Part shown: piece after piece, positions 18,001 through 26,933 of the stretch
Numbering within the stretch: position 1 is the stretch's first letter
Layout of the letters: each line of letters opens with the position of its first letter
IMG/VR virus record: IMGVR_UViG_3300048848_000223
Location: 1 to 39,029 of that record
DNA: 39,029 nucleotides
Strand: one strand, 5' to 3'
Source of the DNA: a virus
Lineage: Duplodnaviria > Caudoviricetes
Translations under genes and position numbers: made by a program
The notes under the pieces: model-generated
What the model was told of the DNA's origin: nothing
Databases searched by the model: none
What the model saw: the letters and a program-made list of their open reading frames with translations, nothing else

Positions 18001-18120
18001 GTTGACGGCGGTGCCGGCGAAATCGTTGAGGACGGTGCGGCCGACCTTGACGGTATTCTGCAGGCCGCGGACGTCGCCGTTGACCGACAGGTACAGGTCC
18101 TGGCGATTACCTCGTCCCAT
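15004..18120 (-). CDS. Tape measure protein with embedded peptidase M15-like domain
   Basis: 1038 aa Ala-rich helical; QQLSYQLGDI motif; FADGG repeats; VTSGTRS...SLHETGNAID...HVEF. Confidence 0.92.
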   Translation of the reverse strand: MGRGNRQDLYLSVNGDVRGLQNTVKVGRTVLNDFAGTAVNVLEEVEKEFQKIGAGGPPAGLKEAERAYTESFRRIGASAREAANAPTGQAAIQILDANAARAAADAATNKAAALRIVAEAATRADQATGGTSAATRAYAAAASTAAVEAHAEAAALREQAGVLGTVETQLGRLGVVQARSTSINGQARAGYQQLSYQLGDISMQYSLGTSASIIFAQQSGQVIQALQLIGGEGNKVLGFLGGPWGVALSSAAVVAAPFVAKLFEGSDAAKKEADELKKNAEQATVAADAKRAFATTEAGLIDDVRSLTEEIEKQNDALRTNAERLNIRAKSRLELLTQTRDDVSGDLTEKRASLKTLDQPGTRNERGIGLEIERLKGEIAPLETRLARIDAAIVKANAARQRTRADLAGEAADRANDPVAAIRYQYDGEDGLIERAKKRAVAEGTVTSELTRQLKVLKAARDGKIAEEQKRQQTAKGSGAANRQFGRQIDVAGATSIIESIGGRVTSGTRSRAKQEQLYADKLAGRHNGPVAKPGTSLHETGNAIDVAYGPGISVASIKKAFAEEGVALRKVLKEPGQKVYHVEFGKAGPSAATTARREKADEDRQTQNADAYAGLLSQAKEAQFRVERSRTATIEEAANLDVQAVERQRADLDRAVQKGVELDRWTQAEADAVKLITAQNASAETAAIQERARAASVSQRAELEGDALADQATLLRLQGDLATTAADRRTIARQLLKIEQDQQRIALEAAIANERDPDRKAALQGRLQQLPRVFEMQDEQLARQNDDPLQAYGRSLVDATSDMDEALKGVAANGFGALEDASSRAAAGAITDLLKIGGVAGSVINGIIQDLIRLAIQKAIVSAIGKSFFGLKDGGLVPGFADGGLPGFAGGGMPSIDQGIIRGPGTGRSDSILALVGGGRPIMVSNGEGIVNERAVQRYWPLIDAMNKGTFPRFADGGLPSIPAYPSIAAAQRGLQAPADKRPLVFDLRGAVLTADLMAQMEVIAAQTSGAVFREAAPAIVQAATGSTMAQLGRATL

Positions 18121-18135
18121 CGCCGCCTCCCGTCA

Positions 18136-18246
18136 TCACCGCTTGTTCGCCGCGATCCGCGCGTCGACCATCGCCCAGAACTCGTGCGGAGTGGCCCGCC
18201 AGAACTGGTCGGCCGACCATCCGAAGCTATCGAGCGCCAGCCCCAT
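18136..18246 (-). CDS. Tail assembly chaperone C-terminal (gpT-like) part, -1 frame
   Basis: Not in the ORF track; reads MGLALDSFGWSADQFWRATPHEFWAMVDARIAANKR, a typical W-P-x-x-F-W-x-x-T-P-like signature. Confidence 0.85.
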   Translation of the reverse strand: MGLALDSFGWSADQFWRATPHEFWAMVDARIAANKR

Positions 18247-18641
18247 CAGGCGGCGCCAGCGGTCTCCGTCTTCACCGCTGGCGCCTTCGCTTCCCCCGAT
18301 GCCTTCCTCCCGCCGCTCACCGCGTCGGCGAGGACGGCAGTCAGGCGGAAGTTCGCGCCGGCCAGGCCCTGCTCGTAAATCAGCTCGCTGATCCGCTCCG
18401 CACTGACGCCGCGGGTCAGTTCGTCGCCCTCGTCGGCGCCGGCGCGGATCAGCTCGGCCGCGATCGTGCCGAGCTGATCCAGCAACAACGCGCCGACATT
18501 GCCCGCGCGCACCAGCTCGAGCGCGGATCGCTCGGTCGCCCGCTCGATCGCGCGGATCGCGCCGTGGCTCGGCCGAAGCCGATACGTGACGCCGGCGAGC
18601 ACCAGCTCGTGCTCGCCGCGCTCGTCGATCGCGGCCGCCAT
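18246..18641 (-). CDS. Tail assembly chaperone (gpG-like, GTA gp10-like)
   Basis: Between tail tube and TMP; YRLRPSHGAIRAIE motif. Confidence 0.85.
   Translation of the reverse strand: MAAAIDERGEHELVLAGVTYRLRPSHGAIRAIERATERSALELVRAGNVGALLLDQLGTIAAELIRAGADEGDELTRGVSAERISELIYEQGLAGANFRLTAVLADAVSGGRKASGEAKAPAVKTETAGAA
18291..18297 (-). other. Programmed -1 frameshift site GGGGGAA
   Basis: TCG GGG GAA near the end of gpG; the -1 frame is open through to the gpT part. Confidence 0.75.
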
Positions 18642-19066
18642 TACGCCGTGGCGCCGAGGTTATCGACGGTCGGCGCGCCCTTGTTGACCATGTCGAACGA
18701 CCAGGTCGCGGGGCCGTCCTTCGGGTGCGTGGTGGAGAAGTTGCCGATACCGACCAGGCCCGCGAACTTCACGATCGCGCCCTTCACGATGCGCACGTTC
18801 GCCTCGCGCGTGGTCTTGGCGACGGTCGACGCGCGCGAGATACCGGGATCCGGCAGCTTCAGGTTGCCGTTCGCGCGGATGTTGATCTTCTGCTGGCCGA
18901 ACGACGTGCTGCCATAGACGCCGTCGTCCTTGGTGCTCTCGTCCTGCTCGGTCGACGTGCGGCCCCAATCGAAGCTGATCTCGCCGCCGATCGGGTCGAA
19001 GCCCTCGGTTCCGCTCTCGCCATCACCGATCTCGATGCGCCAATCGGCGCCCTGTTCCGTTGCCAT
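18641..19066 (-). CDS. Major tail tube protein
   Basis: Synteny; 141 aa; DESTKD motif. Confidence 0.85.
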   Translation of the reverse strand: MATEQGADWRIEIGDGESGTEGFDPIGGEISFDWGRTSTEQDESTKDDGVYGSTSFGQQKINIRANGNLKLPDPGISRASTVAKTTREANVRIVKGAIVKFAGLVGIGNFSTTHPKDGPATWSFDMVNKGAPTVDNLGATA

Positions 19067-19087
19067 GCTGTTGCTCCTGTTCCCGGC

Positions 19088-19492
19088 TCAAGCCGGCTCT
19101 GCGTAAAGTTCGAAGGTTTGAAGGCCGGCGTAGGTGACGCCATCCGGCGCGGCGCCGCTGGCCGAGCCGGCGACGACGCGACCGCCCTGCAGGGTGACGC
19201 CGTCCGCCTCGAGCTGGACGTCGACGAGCGCGCGCTCGTTCGCGTGCATGATGGCGAGCAAATCGGCGCGATCCTCGCCGCGGTAGATCGTCACGATGTC
19301 GATCGTGATCCGCAGCTCGGGATCGCGCTTCCCGCCCTCGTTGACCCAGTCGAGGTCATCGAGCTGGACGAAGTTGGGCTCCTGGTCCTGCGGCACCGTA
19401 TCGAGCGCAACGGCATTGATGCCGACCAGGCCAGCCGCGATCGCCACGAACACCGCGCCGCGCGCTGCCTCGACCAGGTTGATCTCGCTCAT
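19088..19492 (-). CDS. Tail terminator/completion protein (DUF3168-like)
   Basis: Synteny; DTVPQDQEPNFVQL. Confidence 0.8.
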   Translation of the reverse strand: MSEINLVEAARGAVFVAIAAGLVGINAVALDTVPQDQEPNFVQLDDLDWVNEGGKRDPELRITIDIVTIYRGEDRADLLAIMHANERALVDVQLEADGVTLQGGRVVAGSASGAAPDGVTYAGLQTFELYAEPA

Positions 19493-20061
19493 GCGGAAGC
19501 TCCAGCAGCGGGAAGGGTGCGCGACCAGAAGTCGGCGATCTGCTGCACCGCGACCGCTTCCGCTTTTGGCAGGCGGACGAACTCGCGCGCCTCTTGCGCC
19601 CGCACTTTCATCTTATACGCACTGCCGATCGGCGTGCCCTTGTTTGGGCCGCGCCGGCGCAGCCGCGTCGATGCGCCCTCGTAGATAACACGGCGCTTGG
19701 TGCCGTTCCTGCCGTTGCCCTTGATCCGGCGTTTCAGCCGGCGGGTGACGAGCACAGTTTGCGCCATGCGGCCGAAATTGACGAAGCGGCCGTAGTAGCG
19801 GCTGCCCAGAACGGCTTTCGATCGCGGCCCGCCGGCGATGCCGAGCAGACCGACACGCGCCTGCAGCCGCTCGGTGAGCAGCTGGACGACCAGGCCACCG
19901 CGCAGGTGGCCGGTCTTCTTCGCGACGGCAGCCTGCTGTTCGGCTGAGACGTCGCGCGCGATCCGCCCGATCGTATCGGCCAGCTCGTGCGCCGCGGCAG
20001 CGGGCAGATTGTTGAAAAGCGCATTGGCCTCCGCCAGGCCACGCACGCGATCGCGGCTCAA
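19489..20061 (-). CDS. HK97 gp10-like neck/tail morphogenesis protein
   Basis: TTG start overlapping upstream stop; KTGHLR and YYGRFVNFG motifs. Confidence 0.8.
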   Translation of the reverse strand: MSRDRVRGLAEANALFNNLPAAAAHELADTIGRIARDVSAEQQAAVAKKTGHLRGGLVVQLLTERLQARVGLLGIAGGPRSKAVLGSRYYGRFVNFGRMAQTVLVTRRLKRRIKGNGRNGTKRRVIYEGASTRLRRRGPNKGTPIGSAYKMKVRAQEAREFVRLPKAEAVAVQQIADFWSRTLPAAGASA

Positions 20062-20390
20062 GCCTCGGTGTCCGCGTGGATCACCAGCCAGCGCCGGCGC
20101 CCGTCGGGGTCGACAGCCGAGCGGATATTCAGCGGATCCGGGTCGCCCGCGTATAGGACCTGGTCGCTCGTCAGGATCTCGAGCCGCCAGCGGATCGTGA
20201 TCTTGTAGACGCGGATCCCGCGGAGCACCTTCTCCTTCACCGCCTCGGTGCCGGTGAGCCCCAGCACCTCCGCGGCGACGTCGCCGGCGATCGTCATCTG
20301 ATCGGACGTGAAGCCGCCTTTGCCGGTCGGTCGACGCACGGGCCGAACGATGGCAACGCGGTTGCGCAGCTGGCCGGCGCTGATCGTCAT
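20058..20390 (-). CDS. Head-tail adaptor/closure protein (SPP1 gp16-like)
   Basis: AGQLRNRVAI, ITIRWR and DPDGRRRWL motifs. Confidence 0.88.
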   Translation of the reverse strand: MTISAGQLRNRVAIVRPVRRPTGKGGFTSDQMTIAGDVAAEVLGLTGTEAVKEKVLRGIRVYKITIRWRLEILTSDQVLYAGDPDPLNIRSAVDPDGRRRWLVIHADTEA

Positions 20391-20710
20391 TCGTCGCCCC
20401 CGTCGTCCCACCGCTTGAGCGATTCAGTGATCCAGCTGACGCCCAGCGGCATCTCGCCGCGGCCGTCGGCGCTGATCGCCTCGGGGTTCGCGTACCAGGC
20501 GCCAACGATCATGCTGATCGCCTGACACGCGGTGGCGAGATCGTCGCCGGCGACGTCGGGCGCGTCACCAACGATGACGCGGCCGGTTTTGAGCTCAACC
20601 ATGCGCCGGGCGGCGGTGATGTAGCGCGTCAGCGTCCCGTCGTCGGCCGATGGGCCCGGGTCGAGGCGGTTGTCCGCTTTGACCCGGGCGAGCGTGACGG
20701 GTTCGGGCAT
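20387..20710 (-). CDS. Head-tail connector (HK97 gp6-like)
   Basis: EPVTLARVK...YITAARRMVE...AWYANPEA. Confidence 0.9.
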   Translation of the reverse strand: MPEPVTLARVKADNRLDPGPSADDGTLTRYITAARRMVELKTGRVIVGDAPDVAGDDLATACQAISMIVGAWYANPEAISADGRGEMPLGVSWITESLKRWDDGGDE

Positions 20711-21114
20711 TAGCCGTCCAGGAGGCTCTTGGCGAAGGCGACCGCGTCAGGGTGCGGATCGACGCGGCCGGCCAGCTGCAGCTGCTCGATCGCGAGGGCC
20801 GGGGCGGAGATGATATCGTCGACCTCGTATTCGTCGAAGGCGACGAGCACGCGCGCGTCGAGGATCTCCGGCTCGGGAGCCGGCCCGGGCGGTGCTGCAG
20901 CCGGAGCGTCAGCGGGCGCTGCGGCATCCGCCGGTGCCGGAGCGTCGGTCGGAGGCGATGGCGCCGCGGCCGGCGTGGTATCCACCGGGGCCGCAGCCGG
21001 CGTGGCGTCTGCAGGTGGCGTGTTCGCGGCTGGCGTCGCGATGGCGGCGTCGATCGCCGCCGGCGTCGGCTGACCCCCGGCGGGGTTCGGCTTGCGCTTG
21101 GTCTTGGGGTCCAT
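20710..21114 (-). CDS. Pro/Ala-rich hypothetical protein after the capsid gene
   Basis: GAGGG SD; low-complexity N-half and compact C-terminal domain; TAATG overlap. Confidence 0.7.
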   Translation of the reverse strand: MDPKTKRKPNPAGGQPTPAAIDAAIATPAANTPPADATPAAAPVDTTPAAAPSPPTDAPAPADAAAPADAPAAAPPGPAPEPEILDARVLVAFDEYEVDDIISAPALAIEQLQLAGRVDPHPDAVAFAKSLLDG

Positions 21115-21144
21115 GAACGTCCCTCGTAGCTATCTGGAAGCGAG

Positions 21145-21170
21145 AGGAGGCGGACGCGAGCCCGCCTCCT
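21145..21170 (-). terminator. Hairpin after the major capsid gene
   Basis: AGGAGGCGG/CCGCCTCCT 9-bp inverted repeat; weak U-tract. Confidence 0.5.
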
Positions 21171-21179
21171 GGGCGAGGA

Positions 21180-22430
21180 TCAGCTCGCGGAGTGGCGGAA
21201 TGCCTTCACCGGTGCGCCGGCGGTCACCAGCTTGCCGTCATGGCGCGACCAGGCGAGGAAGCCGATCTGGCCCTTCTTGGTGTACGCGCTGTCGTCGAAG
21301 CGGAAGAGCGTCACCTGCATGATGTCGCGGATCATGTAGGCCGACAGATCGCCGAACAGGATCGACTTCGCGTTGGCGGCCATCACCGGCATGTGCTGGT
21401 TGATGGTGTAGCCGTAGCCGAGGAACACGTCGGGTTCCTTGGTGCTGAAGCCCGGCAGCCAGAGCGGCCGACCGTCGTTGTCCTTCATCTTCTTGAGCTG
21501 GCGCAGCGTGGTGTCGTGGAACATCCAGCCCACGCCCGGCAGCGAACGGTACGCCGGATCGACCGAATGCTCGAGATCGATCAGGTCGTCGGTCAGCACC
21601 GAGGTCGACCCGCCGGTCGCCGCCGTCTTGCCGATCGGCGCCGCGGTGACGACGCCCTCGGGCTCGCCGGTACCGCTGCCCACCGTGAAGTGACGGTTGG
21701 TGATGCGCGCGATCCGCATCGCCAGCGCGCGCCGGATGAACGCCTCGACATCGATGCCCGGACCCTGATCCTGCAGCAGCTCGAACGGTACGGTGACGAC
21801 CTTCGAGCTATACTTGCGCGCACCGATCTGCGTGGTGCCGAAGTTCACGTCGGAATCGGCCGCCGAGACGTTCTCGGGCACGATCTCGCCCTCGGACGCG
21901 GTCTCGTCGACGGTCGGCCAGGGGAGAGGATTGCCGCCCGCGGTAGCGAACACCGTCGCGACGTCGCGCATGCCGCCGAAGGTCGCGAGCGCCTCGAGCA
22001 GCTGGCCGCCCCAGCCCGCCGGTACCAGGTAGCCGCCGGTCGCCGGCGTCTGCGTGGTCTGGACGTTCTGCGGACCGTTGCGCAGGAGCGTCATCTCCTC
22101 CGTCGTCATGCCGCGCTCGCCGCGCACCAGGAAGTTGCGGAAGGCCGCGTTGTAGCCGTCCTGCTGCTGACGCTGGTCGGGCGACAGATCGGCGCGCAGG
22201 CGATCGTTGGAATCGCGGTTCGCCTCGTCCTGCGCCTGGTCGCCATCGATGCGCGCCTGGCGCTCGGCAGCGGAGATGCTGGCATCGATCCGGTCGATGT
22301 CGGCGTAGATCGCGTCGACCTGCGCGCTGATCTCGGCCGTGTAAGCCGCACCGGTGTTGTTTTCGACCAGGTTGCGAGCGGTCTTCGCCTTGTCGGCGCG
22401 CTCGTCCCGGAGCGCCTTGATGTTGATCAT
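21180..22430 (-). CDS. Major capsid protein, HK97 fold
   Basis: N-terminal coiled-coil delta domain; GGYLVP, ELLQD, KDNDGRPLW and ILFGDL motifs; GGAG SD. Confidence 0.96.
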   Translation of the reverse strand: MINIKALRDERADKAKTARNLVENNTGAAYTAEISAQVDAIYADIDRIDASISAAERQARIDGDQAQDEANRDSNDRLRADLSPDQRQQQDGYNAAFRNFLVRGERGMTTEEMTLLRNGPQNVQTTQTPATGGYLVPAGWGGQLLEALATFGGMRDVATVFATAGGNPLPWPTVDETASEGEIVPENVSAADSDVNFGTTQIGARKYSSKVVTVPFELLQDQGPGIDVEAFIRRALAMRIARITNRHFTVGSGTGEPEGVVTAAPIGKTAATGGSTSVLTDDLIDLEHSVDPAYRSLPGVGWMFHDTTLRQLKKMKDNDGRPLWLPGFSTKEPDVFLGYGYTINQHMPVMAANAKSILFGDLSAYMIRDIMQVTLFRFDDSAYTKKGQIGFLAWSRHDGKLVTAGAPVKAFRHSAS

Positions 22431-22443
22431 GGGAAACGTCTCC

Positions 22444-22475
22444 AAAAGAAAAGGCCCCGCGGATCAGGCGGGACC
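22444..22475 (-). terminator. Intrinsic terminator-like hairpin immediately upstream of the capsid gene
   Basis: GGTCCCGC-loop-GCGGGGCC followed by TTTTCTTTT on the - strand. Confidence 0.6.
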
Positions 22476-22511
22476 ACAGGGGTGCCGGGGACGGCGCCAG
22501 GGGTGATCGGC

Positions 22512-23234
22512 TTAGGCGGCCGTTCGTTCGTAAAGCCCGAGCCGGGCGAGCGCGCGCATGCGCGGCGCTTCGTCGACGTCGGGAGATTGCTCGACCAGCG
22601 CCTTGGGCGCCTTGTCGTAGACCGCGAGGTTGAAGGCCCGTGCCTGCGCCTGCGCCTTCTTTCCGGTCACCTCGACGACGCTGTCGGCGAAGCCGGCGTC
22701 CACGGCCTCCTGCGCGCCGAACCAGGTCTCCGCCTTCATCCAGTCGCGCACCTCAGCGTCGGTCTTGCCGGAACGCGCGACGTAGCCGTCGACCAGGACG
22801 TCGTCGATCTTGCCGAGCAGCGTTGCGGTAGCCGTCATGTCATCGGCGTTGCCCATCGCGAACGTCCAGGCCTGATGGATCATGTAGAAACCGCCCTCGG
22901 CGATCTCGACCGACGCGCACGCCAGCGTGAGGGCAGTCGCAGCTGAGGCCGCGAGACCGTCGATCTTGGCGGTGAAGGTCGCAGGATGCGTAGCGATCGC
23001 CGTCATCATGGCCCGCGCCTCGAAGACATCACCTCCGGGCGAGTTGATGCGGAGCGTCACCTTCGGCGTCGTGACCGCGGCCAGCTCGCGCGCGAAATCG
23101 GATGCCGATACGCCCCACCAGCTGTCGATCACGTCATAGACGTAGATCGTGGTCGTGTCGTCGACCACCTCGGAGCGGATGCCGGCGCCCTTGCCGGTGT
23201 TCGCCCGGGCGAGGTTGAAGAGCTTACGCTGCAT
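22512..23234 (-). CDS. ClpP-type (S14) prohead protease
   Basis: INSPGGDVF, GLAASAA, MIHQAW and AETWF motifs. Confidence 0.95.
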   Translation of the reverse strand: MQRKLFNLARANTGKGAGIRSEVVDDTTTIYVYDVIDSWWGVSASDFARELAAVTTPKVTLRINSPGGDVFEARAMMTAIATHPATFTAKIDGLAASAATALTLACASVEIAEGGFYMIHQAWTFAMGNADDMTATATLLGKIDDVLVDGYVARSGKTDAEVRDWMKAETWFGAQEAVDAGFADSVVEVTGKKAQAQARAFNLAVYDKAPKALVEQSPDVDEAPRMRALARLGLYERTAA

Positions 23235-24576
23235 CCTTGGGATCCTTGTCGTCGTCGCCCAGCGCTGCATCCAGCTCCGGGTCGCGGGGTTGCGGCTGCG
23301 CCGGGTCGCCGGTTGGCGAGTAGACCACGTCGCCGCCCTCGATCGGGGGCAGGTTCACCTTCCGGCGGGCTTCATTCTGGGCGAGCCAGCCGGGCAGCTG
23401 GTTGCCGCCGAGGCCGGCGCGCAGATATGCGGCGATCGCCTTGCTGTCGCCCGACAGCAGGAAGTCGTCGTCCCACCATACGAAATGCTCGGGCGTGCGC
23501 GCGCCGACGACCGGGAACAGCTTGCGCGTCCACTCGCCCGCCATCCGCACCTTGTGCGGCAACAGCGTCCAGCGATCGAAGCCGATCGACTGCTGCTCGA
23601 CGCCGGTGCCCCAGTTCGAGGTGCCTGACGTCTCGCCGGCCATGTTGGGCGGCACGCCATAGATCCGGCAGACGTCGACGACGGAATATTGGAGCAGCTC
23701 GAGCAGCTGCGCGTCCTTGGCCGTCACGGCCACGCGTTTCCACTCTGCGCCGTTCTCGAGGATCAGCGGGTTATGGGCGTTCGCAATGCCCATCGCCTTC
23801 TTGCGCAGGTATTCCTTGAACGCCTTGCGCTGCTCGCCCGTGACCGTCTGATCTTTCGGGAACTGGAAATAGTCGTTGGTCATGAGCCCGCGCTCAAACT
23901 GGCCGGCCTCGTAGTCGCGGGTGGCGAGATTGATGCCGACCGATTGCGCGTGGTTGGAGATCGGCGACAGCGCGCGGATCCCGTCGACACTGAGCCCCGG
24001 GCCTTTGAAGTGGAGCACGTATGAGGCTTGATGATCCTCGGTGGACCCATCCTCGTTGGTGAAGCGGTACCAGATCGACTTGTCGGCCGACCGGAATGGC
24101 AGCACTCGCGCCGGGAAGTAGAAGTCGACGCCAGTGATCGTGCCGTTGCGCGCCTGGCGGATCAGGCCGTAGCCGTTGCCGCGCAGCAGCAGCTGGATCG
24201 CGACGTTCTCGATGAAGACCGGCCCGGTCATCTCGTTGTTCGGTTCGCGATTCAGGAACCGGTCGTAGGGATGGTTGTGCTCGCGCACGAAGTCGCCGTT
24301 CGGCAGTGAGCGGAAGACGCCCAGCTCCTGCGTCATCAGCGCGCCCGAGATCAGCGTCACGCACCGCCACACGGCCGTCGAGCGCATCGCGGTCTCGGGC
24401 GTCACGTTCACGCCGGCCGCAAGTTGCCCGGTACCGAACCACTCGAACACGTCGCCATCCATGCCGGTGACGATCGCCGCACTGTCTACGGCCGCGCTGA
24501 CGCCTGGCGCCGATCGGCGCGCTTCGACCTCGGCCGCGCGCCCTGACAGCCGATAGCCGTTGACGATCTCAGTCAT
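23224..24576 (-). CDS. Portal protein, HK97 family
   Basis: TAVWRCVTLIS, LLRGNGY, RIYGVPP and NEARRKVNLPPIEGGD motifs. Confidence 0.96.
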   Translation of the reverse strand: MTEIVNGYRLSGRAAEVEARRSAPGVSAAVDSAAIVTGMDGDVFEWFGTGQLAAGVNVTPETAMRSTAVWRCVTLISGALMTQELGVFRSLPNGDFVREHNHPYDRFLNREPNNEMTGPVFIENVAIQLLLRGNGYGLIRQARNGTITGVDFYFPARVLPFRSADKSIWYRFTNEDGSTEDHQASYVLHFKGPGLSVDGIRALSPISNHAQSVGINLATRDYEAGQFERGLMTNDYFQFPKDQTVTGEQRKAFKEYLRKKAMGIANAHNPLILENGAEWKRVAVTAKDAQLLELLQYSVVDVCRIYGVPPNMAGETSGTSNWGTGVEQQSIGFDRWTLLPHKVRMAGEWTRKLFPVVGARTPEHFVWWDDDFLLSGDSKAIAAYLRAGLGGNQLPGWLAQNEARRKVNLPPIEGGDVVYSPTGDPAQPQPRDPELDAALGDDDKDPKDAA

Positions 24577-26420
24577 GCGTCGTCGTCGCCGTCATCATCA
24601 TCATCGTCGAGGTCGACGCCGTATGATCCGCCATAGGTCTTCCCCTTCATCTCGACGTTATCGGCCGCGCCGGCGCCCATCGCGCAGGTGACGATTCCGT
24701 CGATGCGGCCGCGGGAGCGCTTTTTGTCGAAGCACCGATTTCCCTGCGCATCGTCATCGAGCGCGGCATTGGCCGCGCAGCTGTAAGTCACCGGCGAATT
24801 GTCGATCACGATCGTGCCGGTGAGGATCCGATCCTCGAACCGCTGGATCGATCGCGGCATGCAATATTGCCGATCCTCGAACACGACGCGCTTGCCCTGC
24901 GCGTGGCTGACCATCTTCAGCCCGTTGCCGGCCGGCTCGTCCGAATTCTTGAAGCGCCAGGCGGGAAAGCCGATCGTCTCGCAGGCGGTCTCGAAATCGG
25001 CCATTTTCGCGGGGTCGAACACCAGCTCGACGACGTCGTGCTGCGAGCAGATCGCCTTCACCCGCTCGGCGACGAACGTGTAATCGATCGTCGCGCCGCC
25101 GACCGCGCTCAGATGCCCCGCCTCGATCCACTCGGGATAAGGCGCGCCGTCTTGCTTCGCGCGATCTTCGACGCCGTCCTTGGCGGTCCAGTACCAGGTC
25201 TTCTGCCAGAGGATCCCGTCGCCATCGATCCAGGTGGCGGTGAGCGCCGTCAGATCGTTCTTCTTCGACAGGTCGAGGCTGAGCCAGCAGCGGCACCCGC
25301 GCAGCAGCTGCATTGTCTCGTCATCGATGACGTCGAGGACGGCGCCGAAACTCTCCTCGTTGATCCAGAAGTCGGCCGCGCCCGCGGGAATGCCGAAATA
25401 CAGCCGCTTGACCGACGCGGCCTTTGAAAGGCGGGTTCGCGCTTCCGCCACCGCCTCGCGGATGTTCGTAATCGGATAGGTGACGCCCAGCGCCGGCAGC
25501 GACTTGTGCCAGGCCTCCTCGTTCTCGAAGATCGTGTCGCGATCGCACTTGTCGGTGCGCGCCACGAAGCCGAAGGCCGTGTCGCTTTTAACGTCGCCCT
25601 TCGCCACCGCCTGCGCGGTGTCGGAGATCTCGGTGCCGACGTGCTGTGACATCGCCGGGGTGTTGCTCCCCAGCACCATCATCGCGCTGCCGGCGATCTT
25701 GTCGATCGCCGCCTGCCAGATCTCGATCTGGTCGATCGAGCTAAACTCGTGGATCTCGTCAGCCAGCACCATGCGGGGTCGCGGACCGGACTGCTGCTTG
25801 CCATCGGCCAGCGGCAGGAAGAACGATTGCGAACTCGGATGCTCGATCTTGCCGGCGTTGTCGCCTTCGCCGCGGATCAGGACGTGACCCATTGATTCGA
25901 GCGTCTCGTGCTCGTCGTATCCCGGCACCGGCGCGCGACACATCGCCGTCGCGTCCTTGAACAGCACCATCGACGTCTGCTTGTTCGCCGCAATCGAATA
26001 GATCTGGGAGCGGCGAAACCCGCACCAGCCCATGGCATAGAGGCCGAGGCCCGCCATCATCGGCGACTTGGCTTGACCTTTGCCGGTCTCGACATAGGCG
26101 GTGCGAAATCGCCAGCGGCCGGCGGCATTCACCCAGCCCATCAGCGAGCCGACCACGAACGTCTGATATGGGATCAGGCGGAATGGCTGCCCCTCTGCCG
26201 GTCCGTCCGTGATCGTGAACAGCGAGGGGAAGAAATCCAGCGCACGCTGCGCCAGCTCGGGTCGCCAGAAGTAGCCGCGCGCCGGCGCGTCGCGCAGATC
26301 GCGCAGATGTCGCTCCGCCGCGTATCGGACCAGCTCGCCGACGACGAAGTCACCGCGGACCGCCGCCGCCGCCCAGGCGGTGGTGGGATCGAGCGGCTCG
26401 TCCTTAACCCGGCGAGCCAA
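24573..26420 (-). CDS. terL: Terminase large subunit
   Basis: Walker A-like GKGQAKS, Walker B LADEIH, nuclease LDLSKKNDL and RGRIDG. Confidence 0.96.
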   Translation of the reverse strand: MARRVKDEPLDPTTAWAAAAVRGDFVVGELVRYAAERHLRDLRDAPARGYFWRPELAQRALDFFPSLFTITDGPAEGQPFRLIPYQTFVVGSLMGWVNAAGRWRFRTAYVETGKGQAKSPMMAGLGLYAMGWCGFRRSQIYSIAANKQTSMVLFKDATAMCRAPVPGYDEHETLESMGHVLIRGEGDNAGKIEHPSSQSFFLPLADGKQQSGPRPRMVLADEIHEFSSIDQIEIWQAAIDKIAGSAMMVLGSNTPAMSQHVGTEISDTAQAVAKGDVKSDTAFGFVARTDKCDRDTIFENEEAWHKSLPALGVTYPITNIREAVAEARTRLSKAASVKRLYFGIPAGAADFWINEESFGAVLDVIDDETMQLLRGCRCWLSLDLSKKNDLTALTATWIDGDGILWQKTWYWTAKDGVEDRAKQDGAPYPEWIEAGHLSAVGGATIDYTFVAERVKAICSQHDVVELVFDPAKMADFETACETIGFPAWRFKNSDEPAGNGLKMVSHAQGKRVVFEDRQYCMPRSIQRFEDRILTGTIVIDNSPVTYSCAANAALDDDAQGNRCFDKKRSRGRIDGIVTCAMGAGAADNVEMKGKTYGGSYGVDLDDDDDDGDDDA

Positions 26421-26907
26421 GGAAGGCGTCCGCGCCGGCTCTGCGCTCGCGCTTCGCTACGACCTTCGCGACCTTGCCGCGCCGCCCAGGCGAAAGCCCC
26501 AGCTGCGCCTCGAGCCGCTCGGCCGTGTTCTCCGCTTCGCGCATGGCCTTGTAGTGGATCGACAGGCGGGCAATCGCCTTAGGGTTCTTCTCGTTGTCGG
26601 GCTCGTCGACGATGCCGCCCGATGCGACCGCGTTCGAGCAGCGATTGTAGACCAGGTAGGCGAGCACCAGGCGCTGCACGGCATGACCGTTCGACGATGA
26701 CAGGATCTCGCGTTCGTCCATCTCGCGCGCGATGCGCTGCCAATGGCCGGAGGCTACCTCGCGCTCGCCGATGTCGGGCAGCAGGATCTCCCAATCCGGC
26801 TCGAGCACATTGGCGATCTCGAGGCGGGTGATCGCCGGCGCAGCAGCCGGCTTCTTCGCTGGCGCCTTACGCGGTGCCCGCTTCGGCTTGGAGGCTTGTT
26901 CCGTCAT
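26404..26907 (-). CDS. terS: Terminase small subunit (P27-like)
   Basis: Upstream of terL; LGLSPGRR C-terminal motif; GGAGG SD. Confidence 0.9.
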   Translation of the reverse strand: MTEQASKPKRAPRKAPAKKPAAAPAITRLEIANVLEPDWEILLPDIGEREVASGHWQRIAREMDEREILSSSNGHAVQRLVLAYLVYNRCSNAVASGGIVDEPDNEKNPKAIARLSIHYKAMREAENTAERLEAQLGLSPGRRGKVAKVVAKRERRAGADAFLGSPG

Positions 26908-26933
26908 GGCGTCGCGCCTCCCGATCGCCCGAA

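Noticed and set aside
21192-22946. Long + strand ORFs opposite structural genes (also 8077-9705, 11702-12814, 16174-17439, 2982-4175)
   Set aside because: Antisense shadows of high-GC coding genes; Arg/Ala-rich, with no motifs or SD
24578-24612. GAT/GAC triplet run at the terL 3' end
   Set aside because: Simply encodes an acidic C-terminal tail
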